64,000 nucleotides of DNA from a virus. The notes beneath the pieces are model-generated. The model saw only the letters and a program-made list of their open reading frames with translations, ran no database searches and was not told the origin of the DNA. The translations under genes and the position numbers were made by a program. Location of the stretch: IMG/VR virus record IMGVR_UViG_3300001683_000001, positions 1 to 64,000 of that record, one strand, 5' to 3'. This document shows positions 19,694 to 30,047 of the stretch, one piece after another (the first letter of the stretch is position 1; every line of letters starts with the position of its first letter).

Positions 19694-20211
19694 TGGCTAT
19701 CACAGACGCAGGTGTCCCGGCCATTGACCCTCACACGATGCTGACGAGTCTGCTGACGAGCAACATGACCTCACCGGATGGAGTATGGACTCCGACCGTC
19801 AATGCAGAATGGCTTGAGTTCAAGAAGCAGAAGACCTACCAAATCGCCATCACACCTCTCTACTCAGCCTCCACCGAGTTCAACCTCACAGGAGGCAACA
19901 GCACAGCCGAGCCACGCATCTCCACAGCATACTACTCCATCACCCTGTTCGCTCCCACTCGCATCAAGGTGTGGGGCCTCTATCAGAAGGCGATGCTCGT
20001 TCTCAACAATCAGACCTTGACCTCTCCGCAATCGGGTGGGACCTACGCTGGTGTGGCCTCGACAGACTACCACTTCGTCAGAGTCATCCGAACCGAGGAA
20101 TCGAAAGCCGTCCGCATCTCCGACCCTGACTGTGGTCCGGGCAAGACCAATGATTCTGATTGTGTAGGCTACCGTGTGGAAATCACAGTAGCCTGTCGCT
20201 GGAATGAGTGA
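19693..20211 (+). CDS. putative tail terminator/completion protein
   Basis: Size and synteny. Confidence 0.45.
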   Translation: MAITDAGVPAIDPHTMLTSLLTSNMTSPDGVWTPTVNAEWLEFKKQKTYQIAITPLYSASTEFNLTGGNSTAEPRISTAYYSITLFAPTRIKVWGLYQKAMLVLNNQTLTSPQSGGTYAGVASTDYHFVRVIRTEESKAVRISDPDCGPGKTNDSDCVGYRVEITVACRWNE

Positions 20212-20256
20212 GTAGGCTCAACGGTTAAAAGCCCCGAAGATGGGGAGGTTCAAACA

Positions 20257-20673
20257 ATGGGTCTTGCAGATTTACTCAAGGACGAATTGAAAGCATTGTG
20301 TGTGGAACACGAACTCGCCACAGACGGAACGAAGTCTGACTTGGTGGCTCGCTTAGAGCCGGTGTTGTCGTGGGACAACGAGAACGATGGAAATGAGGCC
20401 GAGGAAGGCCCCATAGAGGCCGAGGAAGCATCTGAGGGTGGTAATACCGCATCTGAGGGTGACGATGACTCAGAACAGCCTCAATCAGATGACGCTCAAT
20501 TCATCCACGACACCTACATGAAAGTGCTTGGTCATGGACCGGACGAGGGTCACATGAATCATTACTGCAAGATGTTGCTCTACGGGAATATGTCGCGCGA
20601 TGATGTGACTTATGGAATCGAGAATTGTATGGAAGCCCTACGACTCAACGCAGAACTTTCGGAAGATGAGTAA
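20257..20673 (+). CDS. SAP-domain protein
   Basis: LKDELKALC...L.TDGTKSDLVARL. Confidence 0.75.
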   Translation: MGLADLLKDELKALCVEHELATDGTKSDLVARLEPVLSWDNENDGNEAEEGPIEAEEASEGGNTASEGDDDSEQPQSDDAQFIHDTYMKVLGHGPDEGHMNHYCKMLLYGNMSRDDVTYGIENCMEALRLNAELSEDE

Positions 20674-21059
20674 TGCCCTATAAGGACCCGGTAAAACGCC
20701 GGGAATACAACCGTCGCTATCAGAAGGCATACTACCGCAAGCATATCGTTGTGATGCGTCAGAGGGTCAAGAACCGCAAGCGTGAGATTAGACGCTGGTT
20801 TGAGGAATACAAACAGGGGTTTGAGTGCGAAGTCTGCGGCTTCTCCGGTGAGGAATGTGCGTGGTCACTTGAGTTCCATCATAAGGACCCATCGGAGAAG
20901 GACAACATCATCGCCTACATGGTCGGCAACGCCTACTCCAAGAAGCGCATCCAAGCGGAGATAGCGAAGTGTTCTGTCCTCTGCGCCAACCACCATCGTC
21001 AATTGCATTTCGATGAGCGTCAGGCTCGGCTGGCTCAGGAAGATGACGAGCAAGAATGA
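20673..21059 (+). CDS. HNH-type endonuclease
   Basis: CEVCG...LEFHHKDP...KC.VLCANHH. Confidence 0.75.
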   Translation: MPYKDPVKRREYNRRYQKAYYRKHIVVMRQRVKNRKREIRRWFEEYKQGFECEVCGFSGEECAWSLEFHHKDPSEKDNIIAYMVGNAYSKKRIQAEIAKCSVLCANHHRQLHFDERQARLAQEDDEQE

Positions 21060-21101
21060 GCCGCCTTCGGCAGACTTGCCAGCAGGTCCAACCGACCCGA
21101 A

Positions 21102-21236
21102 ATGTTCTGTGGAACATCGCCCTCGCGTGCGCGTGCGCGCGAGCGCGTGAGGCCAAACTTCGATTCCAGCCTGATTTCGACGATTCGCCTCGCAGGTGTG
21201 TGGGGGCGCGGGCGCGTGTGTGCGCGCGGGCGCGAG
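21102..21236. repeat. bipartite element
   Basis: ATGTTCTGTGGAACAT plus two RY tracts. Confidence 0.9.
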
Positions 21237-21277
21237 GAACGGCGAGTTCAAGACGGTGGGGATTCGTGGCGGGAATC

Positions 21278-21637
21278 ATGGCGAAGAAGGGCGTTGTCCT
21301 GTGTGGTAGGAAGTGGAAGGGTCGCTGTGATATTCACGACCGGAAGTGTTCCATCCCTGTCGAGTTCCCATCAGGAGATTCTCGGTTGGATTTCGTAGCC
21401 AAGATGAGGCGCATGGGAGGGCAGAGTCACTCGGCTGATTCTGACCATCGCTGTGACCTATGCGAGCGCGAGCGTCAGGAAGGAAGGCACGCTGGTTGGT
21501 ATCGAACTGACCCGAAGGATGGAAAGGTCAAACCGACGGCTCTCGTTGAGAGGTTGGAGAAGGAGCGGCGAGAGAAGCGCGAGAGGATTGAGAAGGAGAA
21601 GCGCAAGAGAGCCAAACGACACCGCGACAGTCAATAA
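21278..21637 (+). CDS. basic Cys/His protein
   Basis: ATG 31 nt after class-II promoter 21247. Confidence 0.6.
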   Translation: MAKKGVVLCGRKWKGRCDIHDRKCSIPVEFPSGDSRLDFVAKMRRMGGQSHSADSDHRCDLCERERQEGRHAGWYRTDPKDGKVKPTALVERLEKERREKRERIEKEKRKRAKRHRDSQ

Positions 21638-21641
21638 CCCC
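21631..21641 (+). promoter_or_regulatory. class-III (putative late) promoter TSAATAACCCC (also 17249, 18983)
   Basis: 30-32 nt before ATGs of structural genes. Confidence 0.6.
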
Positions 21642-21660
21642 TTCATGTGAGTCGTATGGC

Positions 21661-22056
21661 ATGGCTGTCCATGCTTTCACCGGAGTCACCGGAAAAATTA
21701 CCACTAACGGCACTCTTGTTGGATATGTGAGTGGCGACTTCACACTCGCTACTGCAACCGGCAAGTATGTGACTCTTGGAAGCAACAGCGCGACCGCAAA
21801 TACTCGCGGTCTGAACTCGGCAAGTGGAACTCTCAAGAAGGCTTGGGGTCTTGACGACGACGAATTGTATATTTGGTTCAATGGTGATTCGGAATACGAC
21901 ATCATCTTCGATGCTGATTCGGCAGGGACTCACTCCTACACGATTTCATCTTGCGTCATCACAGATTTTGCGATTGAGGGCCTTGAGGCAGGGAGCGAGG
22001 GCGCGTTAATGGTCAATGCTTCCTTTGAGGGCCTCACATGGACCCGCGATGTTTGA
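21661..22056 (+). CDS. tail tube protein
   Basis: Beta-rich 131 aa upstream of chaperone and TMP. Confidence 0.65.
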   Translation: MAVHAFTGVTGKITTNGTLVGYVSGDFTLATATGKYVTLGSNSATANTRGLNSASGTLKKAWGLDDDELYIWFNGDSEYDIIFDADSAGTHSYTISSCVITDFAIEGLEAGSEGALMVNASFEGLTWTRDV

Positions 22057-22114
22057 GAGTGACCCCTCCCATTGATAACGGTGGGGATTGCTGGTTAATT
22101 CCGAGGACGATAAG

Positions 22115-22453
22115 ATGTCGTGGATTGATGGCGCAATTGAATCGGGGAATGCTCCGATTGATGTGGATGTATCAGACCTCGACCTTGATGTGGATGTTAT
22201 CCAAGTCAAACCAATCTCAGCCAATGAATATAACCTACTCAAACAGGACCCCGAAGTCACCAAGATTACCGATGAGCAAGACCGCTTGGAAATCTTGGGG
22301 ATGCTCACCGTTTGCACGATGCTCAAGAAGTGCGACAATACTATCTCATGGGGCAAGTTCAGACAGATGCCTCTCACTCTCATCTCCAAACTCGCAACAC
22401 TATGCACCGAAGCCGTCGGAACCGATGGTGGTGGTGGTGTCTTGGGGGAATAG
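22115..22453 (+). CDS. tail assembly chaperone (G); -1 frameshift product GT extends to 22614
   Basis: Lies between tube and TMP; GGGGGAA just before the stop; -1 frame open to 22614. Confidence 0.7.
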   Translation: MSWIDGAIESGNAPIDVDVSDLDLDVDVIQVKPISANEYNLLKQDPEVTKITDEQDRLEILGMLTVCTMLKKCDNTISWGKFRQMPLTLISKLATLCTEAVGTDGGGGVLGE

Positions 22454-22626
22454 CGACAGCATCTCAATCGCCGGACGGTCAATACCTGTTCGCTCTGCTC
22501 ACTACAATCGGAATCACGCTCGACGAGTGGCGCGACCTCGACCCGCGAGATTCGGTGTTCTACTCAGCCGCATTCTCGGAGCAGAATCGACAGAAAAACA
22601 AGACTCGCAGATAGAGGTGATGACCT

Positions 22627-24834
22627 GTGGCTGATGACGCCAAACTCAAGGTCATCATCGAAGGCGATTCAAAGGCTCTCATCGCCGCTGTTGGGGCGGC
22701 ATCAGCCGCGACGGCATCAGGCGGCAAGGACATCAAAGGCTCTCTCGCTTCGATAGGGAAGGCATTCACCGTAATGGGAATCGCGGCGGTGGCGGCAGGG
22801 ACGGCAATCACAATCGGATTCGTGAAGAAGTCGGTGAATGCGTTCATCGAGTTTGAGCAAAGCCTGACCCGCATCAACGCTGTGATGACCGAACTCGATG
22901 CAACCCAACGACAGACTCTCCAACAGAGCATCCGCGACATCGCCGCCGAATCACAATTCACAGCCCGACAGGTCACGGACGCGGCGACCCAATTGGTCTT
23001 CGCAGGTATGGCCTATGACGACCTCATCGGTGACGAGGACAAAGGCATCACAGGTGCAGTATCAGCCCTCGTTGATTTCGCCATCGCCGCTGGAACCCCG
23101 GTCGAAACAGCCGCCGAGATTTCGATGGCCGCGCTGAGTGGATTCGGCTTGGAAGTCAAGGAGATGACGAGGGTCATGGATGTGATGATGACCACCTACA
23201 CCTCCGCCTTCGTGACGCTTGAGGAACTCGGTCAGACGATGAAGTTCCTCGCACCCACAGCGAGGGCCGCTGGTATCTCAATCGAGGAAGCCGCAGCAGC
23301 AGCGGGCGCACTCGGAAATGCGGGCCTAAAAGGGACTATTGCAGGGACCGGGTTGCGTATGTCTATCAACAAATTACTCTCTCCGACTGACGATGCCCGG
23401 AAGGTCATGGACGAACTCGGACTCTCCTTCTTCACACTCACTCCGCGAGGCGAAACAGCGCAAGTCGCGTTGCAGGGATTGTCCGGTTCCTTGCGCCAAT
23501 CCACACGCGAATTAGAGGCCACCAAGTTTGCCGTCGAAGCACTCAACAACGAACTCTCAGACCTTTCAATCGAACAGCAGAGGAACAGCCTCGCCATCGC
23601 TGAGATTCGACAGCGAGCCGCGCGTCAGGGTAGAACCTTGACTGACCAAGAAATCAAGACGGTCGAGAGGCTCCAAATGGCGAATGAGGACTTGAGCATC
23701 CAACAGCAACGACTCGGTATAGAGCAAGCGGTAGCGACGAAGGCACAGGAGAAGAACTCTAAAACGGTGGCTGACCAAAAGCGGCTATATGGTAGCCTCA
23801 ATCGAGAGGTTCAGATGCAGACCACAGGACTAACAAGCCTCGTTGATGTGATTAACCAATTGGAGGCGGCAGGTGCTACCACATCACAGGTCTTGGAGAT
23901 ATTCTCTGTGCGCGGTGGAACCGCCATCATGGCTCTCTTGGGACAGGCTGATGCCTTCCGAGATTTGACCGAGGCTAACTACGAATCACAGGGAGCGTTG
24001 GCGGCATTCATTGAGGAAATCAAGACCTCGGTAGCCTTCGCTATGATGCAAGTCAAATCGAACTTTGAAGAAACCCAATTGGTCATCGGTGAAATCTTCG
24101 CAGACCTACTCACGATGGATGGTGGGGTTGCCGAGGCGATGAACGGAATCGCGGAGAGTATTCGCGCTAACAAGGAGGATTGGAAGGACTTGGCTAAATC
24201 AATAGGCGACACCATCGTCCCGTTGCTTTTCGCAATACCCGCCCTCATCGACGGCATCACACGCGCATTCGCAAACATGAGGCCATTCCTCAATGTAATC
24301 GTAGGGCTGTTCAAACTTCTCGGAATCATTCTATGGCCCGTCTTCAAACTCCTTGAGGGAATCGCATGGGTAGTGGAAAAACTCACCGGCTCAGGCAAAG
24401 CAGGTAGCGTGGCTGCTTCGGCAGGTGCGGGGGTGGCAACAGGAGCCGCTATCGGTAGTATCATTCCGGGTGTCGGCACAGCCGTCGGAGCCGTTGTTGG
24501 AGGTGTTGCCGGAACCATCGGAGCGTTGCACGAAGGCGGAGTCACGACGGGGCCAAGTGTGAATCTCATTGGAGAGGCTGGCCCGGAGGCCATTATCCCA
24601 CTCGACAAACTTCCCCGAATTATCGCAGATGCCGGATATGTTCCACAGAACATGGCCGCATCCCCGCGCGGGGGGCCAGCGCAATCGGCAGGTGGATTAA
24701 CCATCAATTTCGGAAGCATCTCTATCTCAGGTGGAACCAACATGACGAGTGCATCAATTCGTGAAATCATGCGAACCGAGATGCCGAAAATCGTGAAGGA
24801 CTCCTACGCAAGTGGAGCAAGGGGAGTGGTCTGA
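22627..24834 (+). CDS. tape measure protein (TP901-type core)
   Basis: FEQSLTRINAV, LGQTMKFLAP, GLKGTIAGTGLR, GEAGPEAIIPL. Confidence 0.9.
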   Translation: MADDAKLKVIIEGDSKALIAAVGAASAATASGGKDIKGSLASIGKAFTVMGIAAVAAGTAITIGFVKKSVNAFIEFEQSLTRINAVMTELDATQRQTLQQSIRDIAAESQFTARQVTDAATQLVFAGMAYDDLIGDEDKGITGAVSALVDFAIAAGTPVETAAEISMAALSGFGLEVKEMTRVMDVMMTTYTSAFVTLEELGQTMKFLAPTARAAGISIEEAAAAAGALGNAGLKGTIAGTGLRMSINKLLSPTDDARKVMDELGLSFFTLTPRGETAQVALQGLSGSLRQSTRELEATKFAVEALNNELSDLSIEQQRNSLAIAEIRQRAARQGRTLTDQEIKTVERLQMANEDLSIQQQRLGIEQAVATKAQEKNSKTVADQKRLYGSLNREVQMQTTGLTSLVDVINQLEAAGATTSQVLEIFSVRGGTAIMALLGQADAFRDLTEANYESQGALAAFIEEIKTSVAFAMMQVKSNFEETQLVIGEIFADLLTMDGGVAEAMNGIAESIRANKEDWKDLAKSIGDTIVPLLFAIPALIDGITRAFANMRPFLNVIVGLFKLLGIILWPVFKLLEGIAWVVEKLTGSGKAGSVAASAGAGVATGAAIGSIIPGVGTAVGAVVGGVAGTIGALHEGGVTTGPSVNLIGEAGPEAIIPLDKLPRIIADAGYVPQNMAASPRGGPAQSAGGLTINFGSISISGGTNMTSASIREIMRTEMPKIVKDSYASGARGVV
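24638..24653. repeat. palindrome in tape measure CDS
   Basis: ATGTTCCACAGAACAT encoding YVPQNM. Confidence 0.85.
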
Positions 24835-27800
24835 TGGCTTCTATCAAACAGGAGATTACCAAGCCGTTCTCGCGGATGCAGAATGGCCTTGTCGAAATCC
24901 AACGATGGTGGCCCGCCTATGTGAAGAACGACGGGGTGGGTGGCTTGACGGTCAGTCCGACTCTCTACGCCACGAACTTCGGCCCCAAGACCAACGCTGA
25001 TGAGGGTGGTCTGAACGACGAATCAAACACACCGGGAGTCAGGGTCGAGGTCATTGACGACGACGGCACAACGACCGCTGGAACCTACACCCTGACCATC
25101 TCCGGCTCAGGGACCATGAACCCTCGCGTGACCGTCAATTACAATGGCGTCACCTACGCTTGGATGCTCGTTGCTCCGAGTGCAGAGGGAGTCAGCACCA
25201 CCGTAGTTCAAACGACATACGAGGTGGACCCCATAGGAGGGAATGACGAAGTAGCCACCGCTGGCTCTCCGTCGAAGAAGCCGACCAATTACACCGGACC
25301 ATTCCCGGTCTTCCAAACCATCCAAGAGTTCGCTGAGATGCTCGACACCTACCGGCACATCGCCGTAGGAGGCGGGACTGTGACTGACGACAGGAAGAAG
25401 GCGTGGCTTCCACATGGTCTGATTGGTCGAGATGGAGTGTCGTCTGCGGCTGTTTTACCCGACATGGATGCCGACCCCCGAATCACTTCCGCCGAGTATG
25501 ACGACACGATGAAAATCCGAGCGACGGTCTTCATGCCGATGATGCTCGACAACAACCAATTCGACAAGCGAATCACCGGTGCAGATGTGTCGTTCGCTTG
25601 GCCTGAGAATCCTCTTGATACACTTTGGGATGGCCTCAAGCAACAGGGCATCACTCGCTACGATGCTGACCCTACGGGAGCCGACAAGACCACTATCCGC
25701 TACAAAGAGTGCGGGTATTCCGGCGACCACCTTCTCGGAGCCGTTGGAGCGTGGTCATACTACCAAAATGCCGCGACCTACAAATCCACAGGTGGAAGCA
25801 CGACAACCAACATGGGATTCGGGAACCCCGACATCTCTCTCGACACGACCGCCTCCATAGGTCCGAAGTATCGGATGAGGATGGCTCTCGCTTGCTTCCT
25901 CAAGGACGGCACATACACACTCAACGACGGGGGCGACATCATCCCCTACATCTACGACCCGGACCGCACCATTGGAGGCACGAATACGGACACCCTCTAT
26001 GCGGTGTGGGACGGCAAGAAGGGCTACGGCACATCTCAGCCTATCAAGGACGATTGCTCGGCTCAGATTTACCCCATGTTCGACTTCGTGCAGGGGCCAC
26101 TCACACCAGCATCTCAGGGCAACAATTTCGATTCATCGGTGGTGGAACAGGAGGCTATGTGGTGGCCCGCCATCAAGACCTCTCAAGCCCTCAACACTAC
26201 TCAGATAATCAACCCTCGACAGTTCCTCGTCAGGCCCAATCCTAAACGCACCAAAATACTCGCAATCGAGAAGAGCAATACGGGTTCCATCAAAGTCTAT
26301 ATCGACGCGAACTCGACGGATGGAGTGACCTTCACCGGAGGTCCTCAGATGCCGGTGTTCATCAGCGGAATGACCGGTTCCCTCGGCACAGATGCCGACA
26401 ACGCAAGCACCCGCTGGAACGCCAATGACGATGGGGATAGGGGAACCGCTGCTTGGTGGGCGTGGGGGATTGAGAATAAGATTGACCATAACGGGTGGTG
26501 GCTGATGAATGCGGTGAGTGCTGTGACGACAGGCAATTTTGGAATCGGCACGAAGACCTACCAAAGCATCGAGATTCTCTTAGCAAATGATGTGTGGTCA
26601 AGCACCGCCACATCTCTCTACTCGCTGGTGTCGTCAGACGCCTACATCACACAGGGTCGGTTGGGAGGGCCGCGCGATGACCGAGGCTACAATGGAATCC
26701 AAATGCAGATGACGGCGGGAATTGGTTCAGGGGCTTTCGATGGTCTGAGAGGGACATCAACAGGGTTCTTCGCAGGGTGTGGTCAGCCTGATAGTTCGGC
26801 TCCGGTCGGAGGTTCCACAGACACAACCTATCCGGGTCGTCCGACGCTGTATGAACCCGAACAGACGAACTCTGATGGACAGGTCGTGAGCGCGACGAAC
26901 TTCACGGCTCGGAGCATCAGTATCAGAGCCGCCGATGACCTACGATTTGCTACTGCTCCCACCGTGTCTTCGTTAGGTGGCGGGGTCCTTCGACTACCGC
27001 CTCCGATTGGTTGGGATATTGCGAAATTATACTACACCGGCAACAACAGCATAGCCGTGTCCACATACAGGGATTATCTCACTCAAGCATCCGGCGGAAT
27101 CACAACCAAAGGTGCGCTCAATTCACGGTGGTCTGCGCGAGGTATTCACATTCCGTTTTGGTCATACATCAACGAGGATGGTCGCCATGCTTGGGACCAC
27201 ACCAAACCCGGAACAGGAGGGGGAACATGGCTCTATGGTCGCAACCGTCCCTTCCCTCCGAGTGAGAGGGTCGGAACCCGATGTGCCTACTCGCCCTCGC
27301 TACTGCCTGACGCGACGACCGCAGGTGGCTATACAGCAACCGCAACCGGGAACTATCTCGGTGCTGGTGTCGAGTCCACGAAGTATGGATTGACCGAGAT
27401 GGGTTGCTCTCCGGTATGGCTGGACATGGAGATGCGCGCCTTCGTGCCTGTGCGTGACCAACGCCTTGTCCTCATCGAGTTCGACAACGGGGTATCGTAT
27501 GGGAGGACAGGCAGACACTCGATGTTCACACAGGGAGGGACCGAGAACTCCCTGTTCGGTCATGGCTTCTATCCCGTATGGGATGGGACCGGCATGGGAA
27601 CCGGGTCTTTTGCGGATAACTACCCTATGGTGAAGACGACCTACGATTTTAATCACATTATGGGAACAGCGGCGGAAATCAACCTCGGCTCCAATCCTCC
27701 TGATATGTCGCATAACCTCCCGACCTACACGACCAACCGTCCCGCGCTGTGGGTGTGGGGCGCGGGGGGGAACTTCTTCACCTCTGATTGGTCGGAGGAT

Positions 27801-29537
27801 TTAGCAGACCGATTCCCCATCACAGGGGCCGGTGGAAATCATGGTTGGGGAGGTCTTGGGAATGGCTACGGCTACGGCACTCCAACCTCTATTGTAGAGG
27901 GAACCCATTTGATGAGAGTCGTCTTCACCGAAGGGGGCATGAAGTATATCCTCGATGGGTCGAACATGGGAACCGATGTGACCAGCGCACAGCCCGTTTG
28001 GGGCATGACTGTGAAGGTCGCTGATGCTTGCGTATTCGACCAAGAGGGAACTCTGAATAACGAGCAAGGCACATCGAACTCACCCATCCGTCCGAACATG
28101 AATATGAGTCACAGCGATTTGCAGATTGACGCCCTCACGCTCAGGCAGATACCGACGCCAGCGATGGTTCCATTCAAGGTTGATAGCATGAAACAACAGC
28201 CATCCAATGTGGCGCGATTCACCTCCCTAACGATGGAGGTGGAAAATGTGAGCGCGTCGAAGGGCATGGACATCACGGCGACACTCCTTGAACCACCAAC
28301 GACTCTCAATGGAATGCAGACAGAGGCATCCACCGTCATCACCGGATTCGATGATGTGAGTCTTGGAATCGCCGGAGGATATGGCTCACTCGATTTGACG
28401 GGTCTGCCGACCTCGGCCATCACCAATGGGTTCGTCATCAGGTGGAACTTCTACATCCCCCATTCCAACCAGCCGGACTACCATCCGATTGATTGGAACG
28501 CGACTCCAATAATCAGGTCTTGGGAGGTCATTTACGACATCACACCGACATCGGCTCTGACCTGCATTGGGAACACCTTCAACGGCGACACGACACCACC
28601 CATAGACAGCAAGGTCGGCAACATGGTGTCGTTCCGAGGAACAGGAACCACCACCGATGCCGACCTCAAGATAGCGAAGGTCAAGTTCGACTTCGGTGAT
28701 GGTGTGGTGACGGGCTGGATTCCCTTCGCTGACCTCACTCTCGCCACCACTACCTACGATGCCGCCCATGTCTATACGAAGGCAGGGACCTTCTCTGCCG
28801 TTGCATACGCGATGGACGACTCAGACAACGAGAGCGTGGCTTCCACAGCCATCTCCGTCGTTGTCGCAGAGGGGTTGCCGGTTGCAGTTCTCAGAGCAAC
28901 GCCCGGACGCATCTATAAGACGAACGACATCACCCTCGATGGCTCGTCTTCCTACATCATATCGAGTGATGCGAGCCGGACCATTTCTCAGTATGTCTTC
29001 ACGCCGGGTGACGGGTCCTCCGCTACTACCCAATCGGGTTCCTCTCTCACCCACACCTACAACACCGCAGGGGAATACACCGCGACCCTCACGGTCAAGG
29101 ACAACGCAACACCTCAGAATACCTCTATCGCCGCCTCGGTCATAGTGGAGATTCTTGCGGCAGACACGGCTGTTGATTTGCTGGCTCAATTGAATACTCG
29201 ACCTGCCGCATTCCAAGAGCAACAAAGTGCATCTCTTGGAATTACTCCGGTTCTCGATACAGCCTATCCCGAAGTGTCCGATACCGGCCAACGCACAGAC
29301 GAGTTCCTCTTGACCGGTTCGTTCCTCAAAGGCACATCCACAGCAGACATCACAATCATGCAGGGCTACCTCGCTGACGGGACTCTCCTTGCGATAGAAT
29401 GGGAAACTACCGATTGGTCAGGCAACGCATCAGTCAAGACCTTCACAGGGAGGATGATGTCCTTCGACTTCGATAGGGAAGGTGGAAGTCATGGTGAAAC
29501 ACCCTACTCTGCAACATTCGTCCGAGATACTGCGTGA
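24834..29537 (+). CDS. large tail-tip/adhesin protein with two C-terminal PKD domains
   Basis: FDFGDG...HVYTKAGTF and FTPGDG...HTYNTAGEYTATLTV; follows TMP. Confidence 0.75.
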   Translation: MASIKQEITKPFSRMQNGLVEIQRWWPAYVKNDGVGGLTVSPTLYATNFGPKTNADEGGLNDESNTPGVRVEVIDDDGTTTAGTYTLTISGSGTMNPRVTVNYNGVTYAWMLVAPSAEGVSTTVVQTTYEVDPIGGNDEVATAGSPSKKPTNYTGPFPVFQTIQEFAEMLDTYRHIAVGGGTVTDDRKKAWLPHGLIGRDGVSSAAVLPDMDADPRITSAEYDDTMKIRATVFMPMMLDNNQFDKRITGADVSFAWPENPLDTLWDGLKQQGITRYDADPTGADKTTIRYKECGYSGDHLLGAVGAWSYYQNAATYKSTGGSTTTNMGFGNPDISLDTTASIGPKYRMRMALACFLKDGTYTLNDGGDIIPYIYDPDRTIGGTNTDTLYAVWDGKKGYGTSQPIKDDCSAQIYPMFDFVQGPLTPASQGNNFDSSVVEQEAMWWPAIKTSQALNTTQIINPRQFLVRPNPKRTKILAIEKSNTGSIKVYIDANSTDGVTFTGGPQMPVFISGMTGSLGTDADNASTRWNANDDGDRGTAAWWAWGIENKIDHNGWWLMNAVSAVTTGNFGIGTKTYQSIEILLANDVWSSTATSLYSLVSSDAYITQGRLGGPRDDRGYNGIQMQMTAGIGSGAFDGLRGTSTGFFAGCGQPDSSAPVGGSTDTTYPGRPTLYEPEQTNSDGQVVSATNFTARSISIRAADDLRFATAPTVSSLGGGVLRLPPPIGWDIAKLYYTGNNSIAVSTYRDYLTQASGGITTKGALNSRWSARGIHIPFWSYINEDGRHAWDHTKPGTGGGTWLYGRNRPFPPSERVGTRCAYSPSLLPDATTAGGYTATATGNYLGAGVESTKYGLTEMGCSPVWLDMEMRAFVPVRDQRLVLIEFDNGVSYGRTGRHSMFTQGGTENSLFGHGFYPVWDGTGMGTGSFADNYPMVKTTYDFNHIMGTAAEINLGSNPPDMSHNLPTYTTNRPALWVWGAGGNFFTSDWSEDLADRFPITGAGGNHGWGGLGNGYGYGTPTSIVEGTHLMRVVFTEGGMKYILDGSNMGTDVTSAQPVWGMTVKVADACVFDQEGTLNNEQGTSNSPIRPNMNMSHSDLQIDALTLRQIPTPAMVPFKVDSMKQQPSNVARFTSLTMEVENVSASKGMDITATLLEPPTTLNGMQTEASTVITGFDDVSLGIAGGYGSLDLTGLPTSAITNGFVIRWNFYIPHSNQPDYHPIDWNATPIIRSWEVIYDITPTSALTCIGNTFNGDTTPPIDSKVGNMVSFRGTGTTTDADLKIAKVKFDFGDGVVTGWIPFADLTLATTTYDAAHVYTKAGTFSAVAYAMDDSDNESVASTAISVVVAEGLPVAVLRATPGRIYKTNDITLDGSSSYIISSDASRTISQYVFTPGDGSSATTQSGSSLTHTYNTAGEYTATLTVKDNATPQNTSIAASVIVEILAADTAVDLLAQLNTRPAAFQEQQSASLGITPVLDTAYPEVSDTGQRTDEFLLTGSFLKGTSTADITIMQGYLADGTLLAIEWETTDWSGNASVKTFTGRMMSFDFDREGGSHGETPYSATFVRDTA

Positions 29538-29580
29538 GAGGGGTAGGGATTCATAACGAGAATCGAAGGCGGTGTGGTTG

Positions 29581-29889
29581 ATGGATGAAGAATACGATGA
29601 AGATGAAATTGCAGAAGCGATGAAGAATATGCACTCTCAGAACCAGCGAGTAGAGGTCATCATCAGTCAGACCATGATGGAGATTGAGATTGAACTCTCG
29701 GAGATGGAGATACAGTTCTCCGACCTCCCTGTTCAGGATGCCGAGATTGCAGGTCGAGAAGCATACAGGATTGCGGAGGAACAGGGATTGCTCGACCCCG
29801 AAGATTTGGAACTGTTCTCGTTGATGTTCAGAGAGGCTCTGTTTAACGGCATCCGACTCAACCGAACCTTCATTGAAGCATGGTCTTGA
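29581..29889 (+). CDS. acidic hypothetical protein
   Basis: ATG 31 nt after TTCATAAC. Confidence 0.55.
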   Translation: MDEEYDEDEIAEAMKNMHSQNQRVEVIISQTMMEIEIELSEMEIQFSDLPVQDAEIAGREAYRIAEEQGLLDPEDLELFSLMFREALFNGIRLNRTFIEAWS

Positions 29890-29894
29890 GAAGA

Positions 29895-29995
29895 CGCGCG
29901 TAGAGCGTGTCGAGGCCATCTGCGGTCAATTGGGGCCTCTAACCGACTCGACACGCTCTATGGGGCCTCTATTGGTTCAGAATCGGCAAGAATCT
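29895..29995. repeat. intergenic family-2 repeat (representative; also ~8656, 11657, 32383, 34110, 38872, 51455, 52700, 58620, 60870)
   Basis: TAGAGCGYGTCGA...TCRACRCGCTCTATGGSSCCTCTATTGGTTCAGAATCGGCAAG. Confidence 0.75.
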
Positions 29996-30047
29996 GCTCA
30001 TGTGGGTTCCCGAATCGTGATGAACCGTGAGAATCAGGTCAGAGGGT

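Noticed and set aside
21056-21277. ORF-track N-terminal extensions such as NVLWNI/ACARAR, also at 38945 and 35691 and in many short antisense ORFs
   Set aside because: These are read-throughs of the repeat elements or upstream genes; promoter spacing places the true starts downstream
28629-28644. TCGTTCCGAGGAACAG, a degenerate palindrome in the large tail gene
   Set aside because: It matches little more than the 8-bp core, about one of which is expected by chance in 64 kb, and has no RY tract
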